Assembly (NCBI GenBank): GCA_964481135.1
Contig: CAYZSW010000004.1
Coordinates: forward strand, 20,110 to 84,109
Length of the DNA: 64,000 bases
Origin: an uncultured Candidatus Saccharibacteria bacterium
GTDB lineage: Bacteria; Patescibacteriota; UBA1384; JAMDBS01; DAOVQR01
Reading direction: 5' to 3'
The position numbers and the translations under genes are program-made. The first letter of the stretch is position 1. Each line of letters begins with the position of its first letter. The notes under the pieces were generated by a model that was given only the letters and a program-made list of their open reading frames with translations, made no database searches and was not told where the DNA came from. Shown here piece after piece: positions 10,363-20,009 of the stretch.

Positions 10363-11769
10363 ATGCAACAAGACAATCAACAATTCAATAATCAAAATAA
10401 TTTAGAACAAATTAATTTTTCTAAAAATTTTTCAGATGGTCAAAGACAATATACTAATAAACCACCAAAAACCATAAATAAAAAAGTTCAATGGATTATT
10501 GTTGCAATATGCTTACTGGCGATTATTGGAATTTCTTTTTACATATATTATTCAAGATATGCTCTTGGGACATTGGTTATCAAATCTACAACACCAGAAG
10601 TTAATATTAAAGTTTTTGGACAAGAATACGAAAATATCAACGAATTAGAAATTAAGCTACCTCCGTTTCAACACAATGTCCAGATTTATAAAGAAGGATG
10701 CTTAACGCAAACCCAACTGGTAGATATTAAAGCTCTAAGAAAAAATGTGTTGGAGGTAGAGTTGTTAAAAGCAGAGCATGTTGGCAATAGTTCTAATGTT
10801 TTAAATTATTCGGGATTGGCAGCTGTTTCGGGAGATGATATTTATCTGCTAGATTATTCTCAAAATCGGGTAGTAAAAATTACTGAAGATGGCCTTACTA
10901 CTCTTGTAGAATTTGATTTTCTAGATGATATGTTCTTTACGGAAGACAATGTAAGAATTCCTAGGGGTTTTTATCGTTCAAATATTGATAGCTATTCTTG
11001 GGTTAAAAATAATCAAGCTCAAGTTGTTGGTCTAGTATTGTCTTATGAAAAAGATGAAAAAATAATCAATAAATATCTTAACCTTCAAAATGGTGAGATA
11101 CTTGATATTGGTAATAATTTAAACAGTGTTAGAATGAATGAAAATTTAACTTTTGCCTATTTTAGTGAAGATGAGGATTCTTTGGTTTTAGAAACTAAAG
11201 ATTTGAATAACAATGTTAGTAAGAATATTATTAAGACAGATGAATTAATACCTAAAATAGAATGGCTCGACAATAACCATATAATTTATATTTCTTTAGA
11301 GATTAGTGAAGATAATAAAATTTTTAATAAGATAAAAATAATTAATTTAAATACTAAGCAAATTCAAGAATTAGAATTTTCAGATGCAGAAATATCTAAT
11401 TTTGTTATTTCACCAGAGAAAGATAAAATACTAGTCATTTCATCATCAGACCAAGTCAAAAAAGCTACAGTTGTAAATCTCGCCTCAATGCAAAAGCAAG
11501 AAATAAATGATATAAAATTTCATCAGAACTTTGTTGATTTTTATGATAATAATAATTTAGCTTATATATCATCTACTACTCAAGAAAATAAAAATCAAGA
11601 TGATAAATTGGTTTTTAATATTAATAAATTTAATTTAGAAAATCACAATAATGAACAATTGTACCAAATAAAAGATTATTTTTTTGACTTTATAACAGAT
11701 TTTACAATTGGTAAAAATACTCTTTATCTAATCATGAATAACCAAATAATTAGGTTTAACAAGAAATGA
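10363..11769 (+). CDS. Membrane-anchored protein with PEGA-like and TolB-like propeller domains
   Basis: TM followed by GTLVIKST..V.I..K.G; ISPEKDKI propeller-like repeats; likely ATG at 10363. Confidence 0.7.
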   Translation: MQQDNQQFNNQNNLEQINFSKNFSDGQRQYTNKPPKTINKKVQWIIVAICLLAIIGISFYIYYSRYALGTLVIKSTTPEVNIKVFGQEYENINELEIKLPPFQHNVQIYKEGCLTQTQLVDIKALRKNVLEVELLKAEHVGNSSNVLNYSGLAAVSGDDIYLLDYSQNRVVKITEDGLTTLVEFDFLDDMFFTEDNVRIPRGFYRSNIDSYSWVKNNQAQVVGLVLSYEKDEKIINKYLNLQNGEILDIGNNLNSVRMNENLTFAYFSEDEDSLVLETKDLNNNVSKNIIKTDELIPKIEWLDNNHIIYISLEISEDNKIFNKIKIINLNTKQIQELEFSDAEISNFVISPEKDKILVISSSDQVKKATVVNLASMQKQEINDIKFHQNFVDFYDNNNLAYISSTTQENKNQDDKLVFNINKFNLENHNNEQLYQIKDYFFDFITDFTIGKNTLYLIMNNQIIRFNKK

Positions 11770-13991
11770 AAAAAATACTAATTACAATATTAATGTTGTT
11801 ATCTGTCTTGACTCCTTTTGAGGTTTTAGCTTATACTCCGCCTCAATACATGTTTGATTTGGATAAAGATGACAATAAATTGCATACTCAAAAGGAATTG
11901 GAAGACGCTAGGGATCCATTTGCAAGAGAGTTTGACAAAAAAATAACTGATGCATTGGTTGTTTACCGAGATGAAAATGGGCGTCCGATCCCACTTGATC
12001 TATCATTGGAATTTATCGGAGAATTAGAAAAAAAAGGTTTTTTTCAGCAGTTTAATATTCCAAGAGCTCTGCATGTGTTAACTGGGATTAGCAATAGTAA
12101 TAAATTTTCAAATGAAATAATTACAGTTACTACGAATGCTACAGTAGAATTTTTTGATCATGCTGTAGTCCCTTCTATGCAGGTAGATAAATATAAAGAC
12201 GGAAAATATTTAAAAAAAATTGGTGAAGAGATATGGACAAGACAATTGAAAATGATTACTTATTTCCAAGATTTAGCAAATAAAAAATTAAATTGGAAAA
12301 GCAAAGGCAATTGGGATAAATTAAATTTTCTAGATGACTGGTATGAATGGCATCCAGAATTTAAAAAATATTATTGCGAAGACGAATGGACGAATTACGA
12401 ATACGATCTTTTAATGAGGTATTACAACAAGAGGCAAGAAATAAAAGCATTAAGAAGTGATTTAGTAACTAAAGCAGAGTATTTACCAGAATATTTAACT
12501 AGAACATTACTTGCGCAAGCAGCATTAAAACTAGGTACACCTCTTTTGGGTTTAGCTCGCTATTATGCGATAGATAAAGCTAGCACAGGAAATTCAGATT
12601 GGCTAACAAGTCCTATCATCGGAAAACTACAAAATCTAAAACCAGAACAAATGTTATTTAGTATAAGAAATGGATTTGATCCGTATGGCCGTCCATTAGA
12701 TCCAAATGACCTATATGTTTATAAAATCATAGGTGGCAAACAAACACTAATTTATTATGGTCGATCAACCAGTACTTTACCTGTTGTTTCAATCGATGTT
12801 GGAGGGCGAAATCTCGGTCCAATTTCACTCCCAATTGACAACACAAAACCGTTTGTGAATCCGGAAAGTATGGCGTTAGTACATAAACCACAATCTAACC
12901 CTGTTGGATTAAACAATACATCTATGTCTCCTGATAAATTATCTCAAGCATTAACTCAACAGGCAGGTAATATTTCCAACGATAAGCTTTTAACAGCTTC
13001 TGCCCAAAGTGTTATTGATAGTCCTGCTATGGTTGTTCCAGTAGAACATTCAAAACCCTTTTTTCATAAAGTAGATTTAGGAGATAAAAGTTTTTTGCTG
13101 GATCATAAAAAAATGTTTAAAAATTCAAATTTACCATTTAATCAAAGTTTAGATACAGCTGAAGATATCATTAATACAACAAAATCGATGGATAACTTTT
13201 TCAAGAATTTTTTTAAAAACGATCCAGAAATGTATAAGAAAGTTAATGATTTGTTAGCAAATGGTTTAAACAAAACATTTGTGATAAAAATGAAGACAAC
13301 TGGTAGTTGCGGGGCATATGAAATATGTTTAAACGAAAAAATTTATTCAATAAAAGATAGATTTGGTGGGCTAGGTTTGGATGGTATAAAGATTACTTTT
13401 GTTGTCAGTAAAGACGGAAAAAAAATGGTTATACACCCTTTGGTACATGAATACATGCATCGTTTAACAGGTTACGGTGAAGGGGGTGAAGGGTATATAG
13501 GGCTCTTCGATTTACCTGAAGGTTCGAATATTAGAAAACTAGCAGAGGGTTTAGTGGAATATAATTCAATTACAGTAACTCAAAAAATAACAGGTACAAA
13601 TTTTATAACAGACCTAGATAGTGATTTTGGATATTACCCTTACGAGCAAGTTTTTTGGAAAAAGATAGATGAAGTTATTCAAATAAAAACACAGCCTATC
13701 TTACACAAAAAAGGATGGTCAGTTGCACAATCGCTGGTATTAAGTAAAAACATCAGCCGTAATATATTACTTGAGTATTATATAAGAGATCCAAAAAATG
13801 TGTTATATAATTTTTTTGGACCAGACTTTTACGAATTACTAGACAGAATAGATTCTGATATGTTGAGTAATGCTCACTTTAATCCAAATGTAAAAATTCC
13901 GGAAATAGATGAAGCGGTTAAGAAATGCAGTGAAATTTTTGATAATTGGCAAAAAAATAACCCCTATTATCCTGAATATTTTAATAAATAA
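11766..13991 (+). CDS. Secreted protein with C-terminal zincin metallopeptidase domain
   Basis: Signal peptide; LVHEYMHRL plus downstream LAEGLVEY (gluzincin pattern). Confidence 0.75.
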   Translation: MKKILITILMLLSVLTPFEVLAYTPPQYMFDLDKDDNKLHTQKELEDARDPFAREFDKKITDALVVYRDENGRPIPLDLSLEFIGELEKKGFFQQFNIPRALHVLTGISNSNKFSNEIITVTTNATVEFFDHAVVPSMQVDKYKDGKYLKKIGEEIWTRQLKMITYFQDLANKKLNWKSKGNWDKLNFLDDWYEWHPEFKKYYCEDEWTNYEYDLLMRYYNKRQEIKALRSDLVTKAEYLPEYLTRTLLAQAALKLGTPLLGLARYYAIDKASTGNSDWLTSPIIGKLQNLKPEQMLFSIRNGFDPYGRPLDPNDLYVYKIIGGKQTLIYYGRSTSTLPVVSIDVGGRNLGPISLPIDNTKPFVNPESMALVHKPQSNPVGLNNTSMSPDKLSQALTQQAGNISNDKLLTASAQSVIDSPAMVVPVEHSKPFFHKVDLGDKSFLLDHKKMFKNSNLPFNQSLDTAEDIINTTKSMDNFFKNFFKNDPEMYKKVNDLLANGLNKTFVIKMKTTGSCGAYEICLNEKIYSIKDRFGGLGLDGIKITFVVSKDGKKMVIHPLVHEYMHRLTGYGEGGEGYIGLFDLPEGSNIRKLAEGLVEYNSITVTQKITGTNFITDLDSDFGYYPYEQVFWKKIDEVIQIKTQPILHKKGWSVAQSLVLSKNISRNILLEYYIRDPKNVLYNFFGPDFYELLDRIDSDMLSNAHFNPNVKIPEIDEAVKKCSEIFDNWQKNNPYYPEYFNK

Positions 13992-13998
13992 ATTTACT

Positions 13999-16900
13999 AT
14001 GAAAAAAATTTTATCAATTACATTATTTATCTTAGTATTTATAACTTTAACAGCTTTAGTTAAAGCTGATACCCCTTATCCTAATGCTCCAAGGTTTTCT
14101 TTAGAGTATGAAATCGGTCAACTTATTGAAGGTAATGAGCTAACAGAAGTTACACTATTGTGGCATACTCCAGAGAACAACAATAGAGAGCTTCCTTATG
14201 TTTTTACATATGAGATTATCAAAAAAGGTCCAGGTGGTGATGATGTTAGTTTTGTAGTAAATCCCGGCAAGATTTTTGGTAGTCAGGATTTAAATATTGG
14301 ATCTTTTAATGATCCTATGGCAGTTGTTGGAGATACATATACTTACACTTTAATAATTAGAGATACATCCAGCAGATTAGTAGGTAAATATAGTGTTAAT
14401 GTGTCAATACCTATGCCAGAACCCCTAAGTTATGTTGAAGAGGAACCCGAATTTAATAGATTTTATCTTTCGCCTTATTTAGAAGAAGAGCAATTGATTG
14501 AATTTTACAATTCAATCAATAATAAAATTCAGAACGATTCAGAAGAAGAAAATCAAGATGCTATTAAGGCAGAATTTAGTATTGAGCTTGATGGTAAAGT
14601 GGTAAATATTTTGCTGGGGGGTTTTGAATCTGCGGTAAAGAAAAATTTTTCTGAATTTCAAAAATATTTTGAATCTGTATTAAAAAGATATGAATTAGAG
14701 AATAATTATACTATGTCGGGAAACTTGAAAAAATATACTAGTGTAATACCATCTTATAATTACGATTATGATAAAAAGTCAGATAATAACTATTCAATGG
14801 ATGTATTTGTGAAACCATTTTCTTTTCAATATGGTTCTGAGAACACAAGCAAGTATTTAAATATGAAAGCAAGCTATAAATTTAAAGATCAAGACGACAT
14901 TAAGAAAGATTTTAATTTGTATTCTAATCTACAATTTAGTATTGTGCCTGGAAGTAATATCAATGACTCAATAAGATATTTGAAAAGCTCATTATATCAA
15001 AATGAGTTATGTGAAAGGAATTATTCTCTGAAACAGATAGTAAATTCCGAACAAAAAGAAATAGAAAATCAACCATATTATCTTGAATCGCAAATAAAGG
15101 TATATTCTATAGATTCTGAAAGTGGTGAAGAAAAAAAAGAATTAGCTTATTTGCCGATTAATTTTACATTGTTTGAAAATATAGTTTTTGCCCCATTTGC
15201 TAAACATTATTTAGATGAAGTATCTAGGGGTAGAGGAGAAAAAAAATATACATATAATTCTGAACAGTATTATTCATACACTCAGCCTTATTCATATTTA
15301 TTTCCAGAAGACGAAGTTTCCTTTAAACTAAAAATTACTCCAGAAATGATTTTTAGAGCAAAAGATTATGACGGAGAAATTGGACAAGAAGATTTTACAA
15401 ACAGGGTTCAGGAGATCGGTAATATTGAAAATTATAAATTTATAGTTGAATATGATAAAAATAGATTTGATTTAATGCCTCATTCAGTAATAAACTCTAT
15501 GATTCAGGCAGGAGGAGTAGCTTATTTTTATGAAGACAATCCAGATATTGGTATAGTTGAGTTGACTTTTGACGAGGATTCCTTTAATAAGGATACATTA
15601 GAAAAACATATTGAGTTTGTAGGCACTATTAAGGCTGGTAGTGCAGATAATTTATTTACAAATCAAGAGAATATTTTAGAAAAATCAAGCTTAAGGTTTA
15701 ATGTAAAAATTTTGCATTCTGAGGATAATTCTGACAATAGTAATATTATATTTGAAGATGACACTAATTATCTATTATCAAATAGAATTTTCGTTCGTTT
15801 GGCAGGACATAGTATGGAAAATATATTTATTGGTATGATGCGAGGGAATAATAAAGTAAATAGCTGGATACTTAATACTTACGACGATGGACAAAAATAT
15901 TACACGAAGGATCACCAAATCTACAAAGAGATTATTTTAGCTCCACAAAACTTATCTAGTGAATATAGTATTGGCATTAATCCAATAGATGCATACAATT
16001 TAAGTCCAGTGGCTGTTAGAAATATCAAGCCAGCTGACTTGCGTTATTCTTCTGGTATCGGAGGTTATTTATACGATATTAATTTAACCACCGAAGAATA
16101 TAAAAATCTTTTTGCAAGTGTGGGGCGAATTGATTCTGATGAAAAAAACATTTATCCTTATAATATTTACTACTATGATTTTAAGGACCAAGAAAAATCT
16201 TCGCCAATTAAAATTAATACAACTTTTTATCATCTAAATGGTAATAAAAGTAATTTTGATTTTTCTGCTAACAACGGAGAAATTTTTAATGTTACAGGTA
16301 CTTTATTTGCAAACAATGAAACATATATTGAAATTAGTGCTGAAAAAAATGGGCAACCGTCTAAGCAAACTTATAAAATTAATTATGGACTTGGTCTTTC
16401 GCTTGCATCAATCAGGTTTAATATCAATGTGTTCGGTTATCTTTTTGACTATTTATCTAAATATGCAAGCATTGAAAATATGAATTTTACTTTTAATGAG
16501 CCGGGAGAAATCAAACATGAAGAAATATCCTTATCCCCAGAAATCGATGAACAAGAAGTACAAGAATCTTTTAATAAAGATGTGAATGATTATATTGATA
16601 TAGCATTTTACGAATCAAGCGAGGAATATTATAAAGGAATTTCTAAAGAAGCAGAATATGGGAATATAGATACCCCAACATTAGAGCTACAAAAACAATT
16701 AGATGAAGGATCTTACATACAAGAAGTAAAAACATATTTATCAGATATTTATTCAGAAGATTATTTAAATAATCAAGATGATTTTAATGACTTTATGTTT
16801 TTAAAAGATGATGAAGGAAATTTCTTGCTTAATAACGAGATGATGAATTCAAAAATTGAATCTGAACAAGATAAAATTTCATTGTTAGATAATTATTCTC

Positions 16901-19584
16901 AGCAATATTCCGACGATCAGTTTGCTAAGGCCAGTCACATAATCTACAATATCAATCAATTAAATTCTGATTGTGCTAATCAAATCATTGATGAAGATAA
17001 GAAATTTATTACTGAAAACAAAGATTATCTTTCCCAAATAAACGATTTTAACTTTTTGCAAGATACCAGTCAAATACCAGAAAACTGGCCTACTGATTTT
17101 TCAAGTAAACTCAAAAAACACGAAGATAAAATAAGTAGTATTGAATACAATTGCCAAGTAAAGAACATTGAGTATATTAAGCAAATCCAAGATATCCAGC
17201 AAGGAAATGATTCGGCATATTTTTCTTCCTTATATCAAACAATAGAAGACTTCTTTAAATCGCTTGTAAATAATCAGGAAGCTATAGATCAAAAAACTGC
17301 TATCTTTGAAGAATTGAAAGCTAATAATTTTATTCCTGGTTTCTTTGAACCTTTTAGTAAAATATCTCATCGTTATAGCTATATAGATGACGGTCAAATA
17401 ATAGAAGATGAGATAACAGATTATGAGTCACGGCCTGACGATAGTATTTCTTTACCAGAAGATATTTCCCAAATTACCTACCACAACCGTCCACTTACAG
17501 AACAAGAGCTAACAGACCTTATCACACTTGAAGATTTCTTCTATCATGCCCAGTATCCAGAACAATTTAGTCCACTAGATGCAGTTGTGTTTGATCATTT
17601 TGAAAACCTAAAAAGATTCTTTAGAGAAAGAAACCAAGAATTTAGAGCCATTTCTGATCCTCGTTTCCCACAACTATATAATATATTAGATGCTTGTGCC
17701 GACAACAACTATCGTCTTCCTCCAAAACCAGTTGATCATTTTGTCGGTCGCTTTCTAGATCAAGAAGAAAAAGACAAGTTTGCTTACGCAAGAGATCTAA
17801 TCATAGAAAGACAATTTAAATATCCAGACATTGAAAGATCAAACGAAATAGATAGTATCATAGAAGATATCCGTAATTACTTTAGGCCAAAAGAACAAGA
17901 ACTACGACAAATTAATGATCCTCACTTTTTCCATTTAGATATTTTAGATGCACTCTTTAACGGCAGACCTCTTAATATGCCTCCAGGGCAATTTGAAAAC
18001 TTTACACACGATAAAGATCAATTAGATAGTATTAGAGGAATGTTTAAAGATGCCAAACATCTTATCTACACAAAACAATCTCAATCACTTACTTTAGATC
18101 AGCAAGCCAATTATGACAAGATCAAAGAATATTTTACATTGGAAGAAGGAATGCTTAGATCTTTGCCTCACGATATTGTAGACCTTAATGTATTAGATGC
18201 CATGCTTTACAATTTACAACTACCTCCCCAGCCATTTTACGAACCAATTGTAGAGTTTTTTGATGGTGTCGGACATTTCTTTGAAGAAAATATATTTCAA
18301 CCAATAGTAGATCTGTTTTTTCCTCCGCATGATATTACCTACCACAACCGCCCACTCACAGAACAAGAACTAACAGACCTTATCACACTTGAAGATTTCT
18401 TCTATCATGCCCAGTATCCAGAACAATTTAGTCCACTAGATGCAGTTGTGTTTGATCATTTTGAAAACCTAAAAAGATTCTTTAGAGAAAGAAACCAAGA
18501 ATTTAGAGCCATTTCTGATCCTCGTTTCCCACAACTATATAATATATTAGATGCTTGTGCCGACAACAACTATCGTCTTCCTCCAAAACCAGTTGATCAT
18601 TTTGTCGGTCGCTTTCTAGATCAAGAAGAAAAAGACAAGTTTGCTTACGCAAGAGATCTAATCATAGAAAGACAATTTAAATATCCAGACATTGAAAGAT
18701 CAAACGAAATAGATAGTATCATAGAAGATATCCGTAATTACTTTAGGCCAAAAGAACAAGAACTACGACAAATTAATGATCCTCACTTTTTCCATTTAGA
18801 TATTTTAGATGCACTCTTTAACGGCAGACCTCTTAATATGCCTCCAGGGCAATTTGAAAACTTTACACACGATAAAGATCAATTAGATAGTATTAGAGGA
18901 ATGTTTAAAGATGCCAAACATCTTATCTACACAAAACAATCTCAATCACTTACTTTAGATCAGCAAGCCAATTATGACAAGATCAAAGAATATTTTACAT
19001 TGGAAGAAGGAATGCTTAGATCTTTGCCTCACGATATTGTAGACCTTAATGTATTAGATGCCATGCTTTACAATTTACAACTACCTCCCCAGCCATTTTA
19101 CGAACCAATTGTAGAGTTTTTTGAAAATTTAATTTCATTTGAAAATATACTTGGTAAGGCATACGCCCAAGACAATACCGAATCCCCAGAAATTTACTTT
19201 ACTCCGATAAATAGTGATACCAATCAGGAAAGTCAGATAGATAAAGCTTTGGTAGGACAAACAGTGGTTATTAATGCTAGAAACTTCAATCAATCTAAAA
19301 ACATCCAAATTTACTTAGATGATACTTTCTTAGAAGATGCCAAGATCTTAGGTGGGGGATTTGGCATAAAAGTAAAAATGCCACTAGATATTAAATCTGG
19401 AAATTACACCATGAAAGTCATTGGAGATGCCCAAGGTGAATATGTGTTTAAAGATATATATATTGAGCATCCTAGAAACTACAATTGGATTTACTATGTT
19501 TTGGCAGTGTTATTTGTACTTGCCCTTGGATTTGTAATCTACAAAACTAAAAACAAAAAACCACAACAAGATGTTGTGATTTAA
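13999..19584 (+). CDS. Giant (~1861 aa) surface protein with internal duplication and C-terminal TM anchor
   Basis: Signal peptide MKKILS...VKA at ATG 13999; duplicated ~263-aa block; C-terminal TM with basic tail. Confidence 0.85.
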   Translation: MKKILSITLFILVFITLTALVKADTPYPNAPRFSLEYEIGQLIEGNELTEVTLLWHTPENNNRELPYVFTYEIIKKGPGGDDVSFVVNPGKIFGSQDLNIGSFNDPMAVVGDTYTYTLIIRDTSSRLVGKYSVNVSIPMPEPLSYVEEEPEFNRFYLSPYLEEEQLIEFYNSINNKIQNDSEEENQDAIKAEFSIELDGKVVNILLGGFESAVKKNFSEFQKYFESVLKRYELENNYTMSGNLKKYTSVIPSYNYDYDKKSDNNYSMDVFVKPFSFQYGSENTSKYLNMKASYKFKDQDDIKKDFNLYSNLQFSIVPGSNINDSIRYLKSSLYQNELCERNYSLKQIVNSEQKEIENQPYYLESQIKVYSIDSESGEEKKELAYLPINFTLFENIVFAPFAKHYLDEVSRGRGEKKYTYNSEQYYSYTQPYSYLFPEDEVSFKLKITPEMIFRAKDYDGEIGQEDFTNRVQEIGNIENYKFIVEYDKNRFDLMPHSVINSMIQAGGVAYFYEDNPDIGIVELTFDEDSFNKDTLEKHIEFVGTIKAGSADNLFTNQENILEKSSLRFNVKILHSEDNSDNSNIIFEDDTNYLLSNRIFVRLAGHSMENIFIGMMRGNNKVNSWILNTYDDGQKYYTKDHQIYKEIILAPQNLSSEYSIGINPIDAYNLSPVAVRNIKPADLRYSSGIGGYLYDINLTTEEYKNLFASVGRIDSDEKNIYPYNIYYYDFKDQEKSSPIKINTTFYHLNGNKSNFDFSANNGEIFNVTGTLFANNETYIEISAEKNGQPSKQTYKINYGLGLSLASIRFNINVFGYLFDYLSKYASIENMNFTFNEPGEIKHEEISLSPEIDEQEVQESFNKDVNDYIDIAFYESSEEYYKGISKEAEYGNIDTPTLELQKQLDEGSYIQEVKTYLSDIYSEDYLNNQDDFNDFMFLKDDEGNFLLNNEMMNSKIESEQDKISLLDNYSQQYSDDQFAKASHIIYNINQLNSDCANQIIDEDKKFITENKDYLSQINDFNFLQDTSQIPENWPTDFSSKLKKHEDKISSIEYNCQVKNIEYIKQIQDIQQGNDSAYFSSLYQTIEDFFKSLVNNQEAIDQKTAIFEELKANNFIPGFFEPFSKISHRYSYIDDGQIIEDEITDYESRPDDSISLPEDISQITYHNRPLTEQELTDLITLEDFFYHAQYPEQFSPLDAVVFDHFENLKRFFRERNQEFRAISDPRFPQLYNILDACADNNYRLPPKPVDHFVGRFLDQEEKDKFAYARDLIIERQFKYPDIERSNEIDSIIEDIRNYFRPKEQELRQINDPHFFHLDILDALFNGRPLNMPPGQFENFTHDKDQLDSIRGMFKDAKHLIYTKQSQSLTLDQQANYDKIKEYFTLEEGMLRSLPHDIVDLNVLDAMLYNLQLPPQPFYEPIVEFFDGVGHFFEENIFQPIVDLFFPPHDITYHNRPLTEQELTDLITLEDFFYHAQYPEQFSPLDAVVFDHFENLKRFFRERNQEFRAISDPRFPQLYNILDACADNNYRLPPKPVDHFVGRFLDQEEKDKFAYARDLIIERQFKYPDIERSNEIDSIIEDIRNYFRPKEQELRQINDPHFFHLDILDALFNGRPLNMPPGQFENFTHDKDQLDSIRGMFKDAKHLIYTKQSQSLTLDQQANYDKIKEYFTLEEGMLRSLPHDIVDLNVLDAMLYNLQLPPQPFYEPIVEFFENLISFENILGKAYAQDNTESPEIYFTPINSDTNQESQIDKALVGQTVVINARNFNQSKNIQIYLDDTFLEDAKILGGGFGIKVKMPLDIKSGNYTMKVIGDAQGEYVFKDIYIEHPRNYNWIYYVLAVLFVLALGFVIYKTKNKKPQQDVVI
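17473..19124 (+). repeat. 791-bp direct repeat, two copies, period 861 bp
   Basis: 17473-18263 matches 18334-19124; only three synonymous differences spotted, all near the start. Confidence 0.95.
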
Positions 19585-19699
19585 TTCTATAATTGAATTA
19601 GGTAAAGCATAAATAAACTTATTTGTTGCAGGTTAGTTTAGATGGCTTTTTTTCGTAATGTTAGCTTATTTATCGATAATTAGGTTTAATGTGAACTAG

Positions 19700-19938
19700 T
19701 GGTGGACGACACAGGACTTGTCCATCCAATTGTCTTACTATACCTATTACATAGTGTTATTATAGTGTAGCAATTTGGAGGATCCGCCTTTGGCGGAAAC
19801 CTAAATATTTTAATTATTACTGGTGCATCCAAGTGGATTTGAACCACTGACCTCCACAATGTCAATGTGACGCTCTAACCAGCTGAGCTATGGATGCATA
19901 TACACTGGCGGGCAGGTAACCAATTGAGCTAGTCGTCC
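19700..19938 (-). pseudogene. Split, decayed tRNA enclosing tRNA-Val
   Basis: 5' part GGACGACTAGCTCAATTGGTTA (19938-19917) and 3' part CAAGTCCTGTGTCGTCCACCA (19720-19700) form a complete acceptor stem. Confidence 0.8.
19821..19897 (-). tRNA. tRNA-Val(GAC)
   Basis: Arm TCACA-TTGACAT-TGTGG, encoded CCA. Confidence 0.95.
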
Positions 19939-20009
19939 AAACATTATTTCATCATTAAAACAGATACTAATTTTATCACAATAATATTTGAGTATCAATA
20001 TTCATCTAG

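Noticed and set aside
13909-13998. Longer N-terminus of the giant ORF
   Set aside because: Overlaps the upstream gene; the signal peptide begins at ATG 13999
17473-19124. DGR template/variable repeat pair
   Set aside because: Both copies are in-frame coding, the few differences are synonymous and not adenine-specific, and no reverse transcriptase is in the window
6938-19584. Prophage or integrative element call for the secreted-protein cluster
   Set aside because: No integrase, phage structural gene or matching att repeat at the left boundary was found
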